A stretch of DNA of 64,000 bases, taken from positions 55,282,788 through 55,346,787 of the forward strand of contig CM120640.1 of NCBI GenBank assembly GCA_051362555.1, read 5' to 3'. This DNA is from Lingula anatina. Its lineage: Eukaryota > Animalia > Brachiopoda. A program made the position numbers and the translations under genes. The notes beneath the pieces are model-generated. The model was not told where the DNA came from and did not search any database. It saw only the letters and a list, made by a program, of their open reading frames with translations. Positions 61,821-64,000 of this stretch are shown one piece after another. Position 1 is the stretch's first letter; each line of letters begins with the position of its first letter.

Positions 61821-63817
61821 CTACTGGGTAGCGCAATGCAGATTTTCTCCCATTTCCTCGGCATATTTATTGGACATAATTTCTCTCAGTTTGTCTATGT
61901 CCTGTCTGAGATCCTTCACTGATGAGATCTTGTGTTTTAATGCAAGCATTGCACCATCAATTCCAGTTTGTTCTTCCTCTGAGTCTGCCACGGATGGAGC
62001 TGGAAAAGAAAGACCATATTTGAAACTGAAGAAACTCCACATCTTTACCACCCTGCCCCCATAAAATCACTCTGACCTTGAAAAAACCCACATAAGCACT
62101 TGACAAATTGAGGGATAATTTTACTGATGGGATTAGGAGTATTTATACTTCTGAAAATCAAATTTCAATAAAGCCAAAACAAAAGTCCTTGTTCCAATTT
62201 CCAAGCAATAAATTAAGGCAGTAAGCATCCATTCTGTAATGCATTGGCATTTAATTATTTCTACGAAATATATGATAATTCCCCCTGAAGTCTAATGGGT
62301 CTTTAGCCAAAACCCAATGCTGTAAAGTATCATGCAAGTAAAAGTGAATTTAAACATCCGTTTTCCCACTCCTATGAAAAGTAAATATATAACCTGCCAT
62401 CTCCACCACCAGACTGATTAAACAGTCTTTACAGTACTCACCCATACACATATGTATTGGAGGCCAGGTGAAACTAATGCTTTTATCTATAATCAACAAT
62501 ATAATAAGGTGTTTTAACACTCCAAACTGTATCTTTAAAATAGAAATGGTCTCCTAAGTCAACAAGTACATTACTTCTGTTGACTAATGTGAAATTCTAA
62601 TGGATGTTAACATTTCTTTAGATAACACACAGCCCAACTTGTATTCTACATACTGATTTAAGTACCAACTGCTGTAATAACCTTTGTTATGGCAAAATCT
62701 CTCAACTTTTTAACAGGGTTTTGTCTTTTGATATTCCTCCAAGTCACCTCAACACTACAGTGTAGTATTGACAGTTGAAAGGATTGTTACCTCTTACTCC
62801 TAGCAACACTGACATATTGGGGTCCTGCCCTTCTGCCTGCTCCATACAGATCTGTACAAGAGACTGCAGGTCAGAGAAACACACTTGCATCTCTTTAAGC
62901 AGCCTCTGTTCCAATTTTTTAGTCTCTGCTGATGTCAATTTTTCTGCCTCCTTCACCTTGTCTCGCAGTGTCATAGAGTCTTCCATCAAATCTTGATTCT
63001 GTTTATTTATCTGAAGAAGAAGGTAAGTTACTGACAACGTTACTGTTAAACTTCTGGCTAATAATTGTTGGAAATAAAAATCTGACACACTACAGAGCAA
63101 TATATAAATTTCCACAATGTATTCAATTACAATAGATGAACAATGTATTATTATAGGCATTGTGCTACAACTTCAAATTTTCAAAATTAATATTTATCTG
63201 AAAACATGGTCATAACTGATGTCAGAGTCAGTAAGAACAGTTCTGTTTTTATTTCTTCAGGGTTTTAACATATTGGAAAAAGCATCCGTAATATACCTCT
63301 TTCATGGTTTGCCTGACTTTCCTTAATTCTTTTTCAGTGGTTCCCAATTCTTCCTTCAGGGCTAGGACAGAGGATTCTTCTTGACTAATTCTCTCCTCTA
63401 ATTGCTTTATTTCAGACTGATGTTTTATCTCCATCTGCTTCTGTTTCTTGTGCTTGTTTTCTAGCAACTGATGTAATGGTGAGATCAACATTTAAGTGTC
63501 TATACATGTGTTACAAGTGATGAAAATAAATGTGATAAAACACCATTTGATTACCAGAAAATTAAAATCCTCAAAAGGTTTGCTAAATATGTCATCCTAT
63601 TTTCTGAAAAAAAAAAAATGTTCCCCTTTGTAGAAAAATTGTTCACCTTTTTGGCTTTGTCCAAGTTGCTTACAAGCAGCTCCTTTTCTTGTTTGGTTTG
63701 CTGCAGGTCTTGCTCTACCTTGATGAGTGTACTGCTGTCCTTTAGCTTTGCCACTCTTTCAACTTGTTGAAGCAGATCCACTTCCAATTTGGCGACTTTG
63801 GATGTAAGATTTGCTTC
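61821..63817 (-). CDS. CEP85: Centrosomal protein 85-like, last four exons (5' part outside window)
   Basis: Exons 63647-63817, 63297-63467, 62791-63010, 61821-61999. Coiled-coil sequence with DLQSLVQI..EQAEGQDPNMSVLLG and C-terminus LRQDIDKLREIMSNKYAEEMGENLHCATQ*, recognisable as the CEP85/CEP85L C-terminus. Confidence 0.85.
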
Positions 63818-64000
63818 CTAAAATATAAAAACTACAGCCATGAAACAATGACTTACAAAAACAATCCATGATAAAGTTTATTACTCAATTGTCAGAAATA
63901 ACTAATAACAAGCTGATTACATTGACAAATTGTGGAGAGATATAGTTTCTTGCTTGATATATATATATATCAAGCAAGAAAGTACATCTCTCTCTCTCTC

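Overview
AT-rich animal genomic DNA with spliced genes; the repeat and gene content suggests a marine lophotrochozoan such as a mollusc (inference). Five protein-coding genes were reconstructed by reading splice sites and phases. (1) A large minus-strand FN3-repeat surface protein, probably an R3-type receptor tyrosine phosphatase (PTPRB/PTP10D-like): 21 exons from 38205 down to 268, running off the left edge. (2) A secreted C-type lectin (42464-44621, +). (3) An achaete-scute-family bHLH (46354-47634, +). (4) Complete IFT88 (59168-48548, -), with a U12 minor intron and a candidate 21-nt microexon. (5) The 3' end of a CEP85/CEP85L-like gene (63817-61821, -). The most striking non-coding structure lies in the 17.8-kb first intron of the FN3 gene. 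Two young Helentron/HINE-type elements appear nested inside one older HINE-like element and carry about 40 copies of a 146-bp satellite. The satellite forms higher-order repeats and is packed with consensus nuclear-receptor elements (RORE-extended DR1 AAAGTAGGTCAAAGGTCA plus further half-sites). Also present are several PIF/Harbinger-like, Tc1-like and foldback MITEs, a 5'-truncated R4/Dong-type LINE in a TAA microsatellite, and a Penelope remnant with a decayed hammerhead-like motif. All calls come from reading the sequence by eye; no searches were run.
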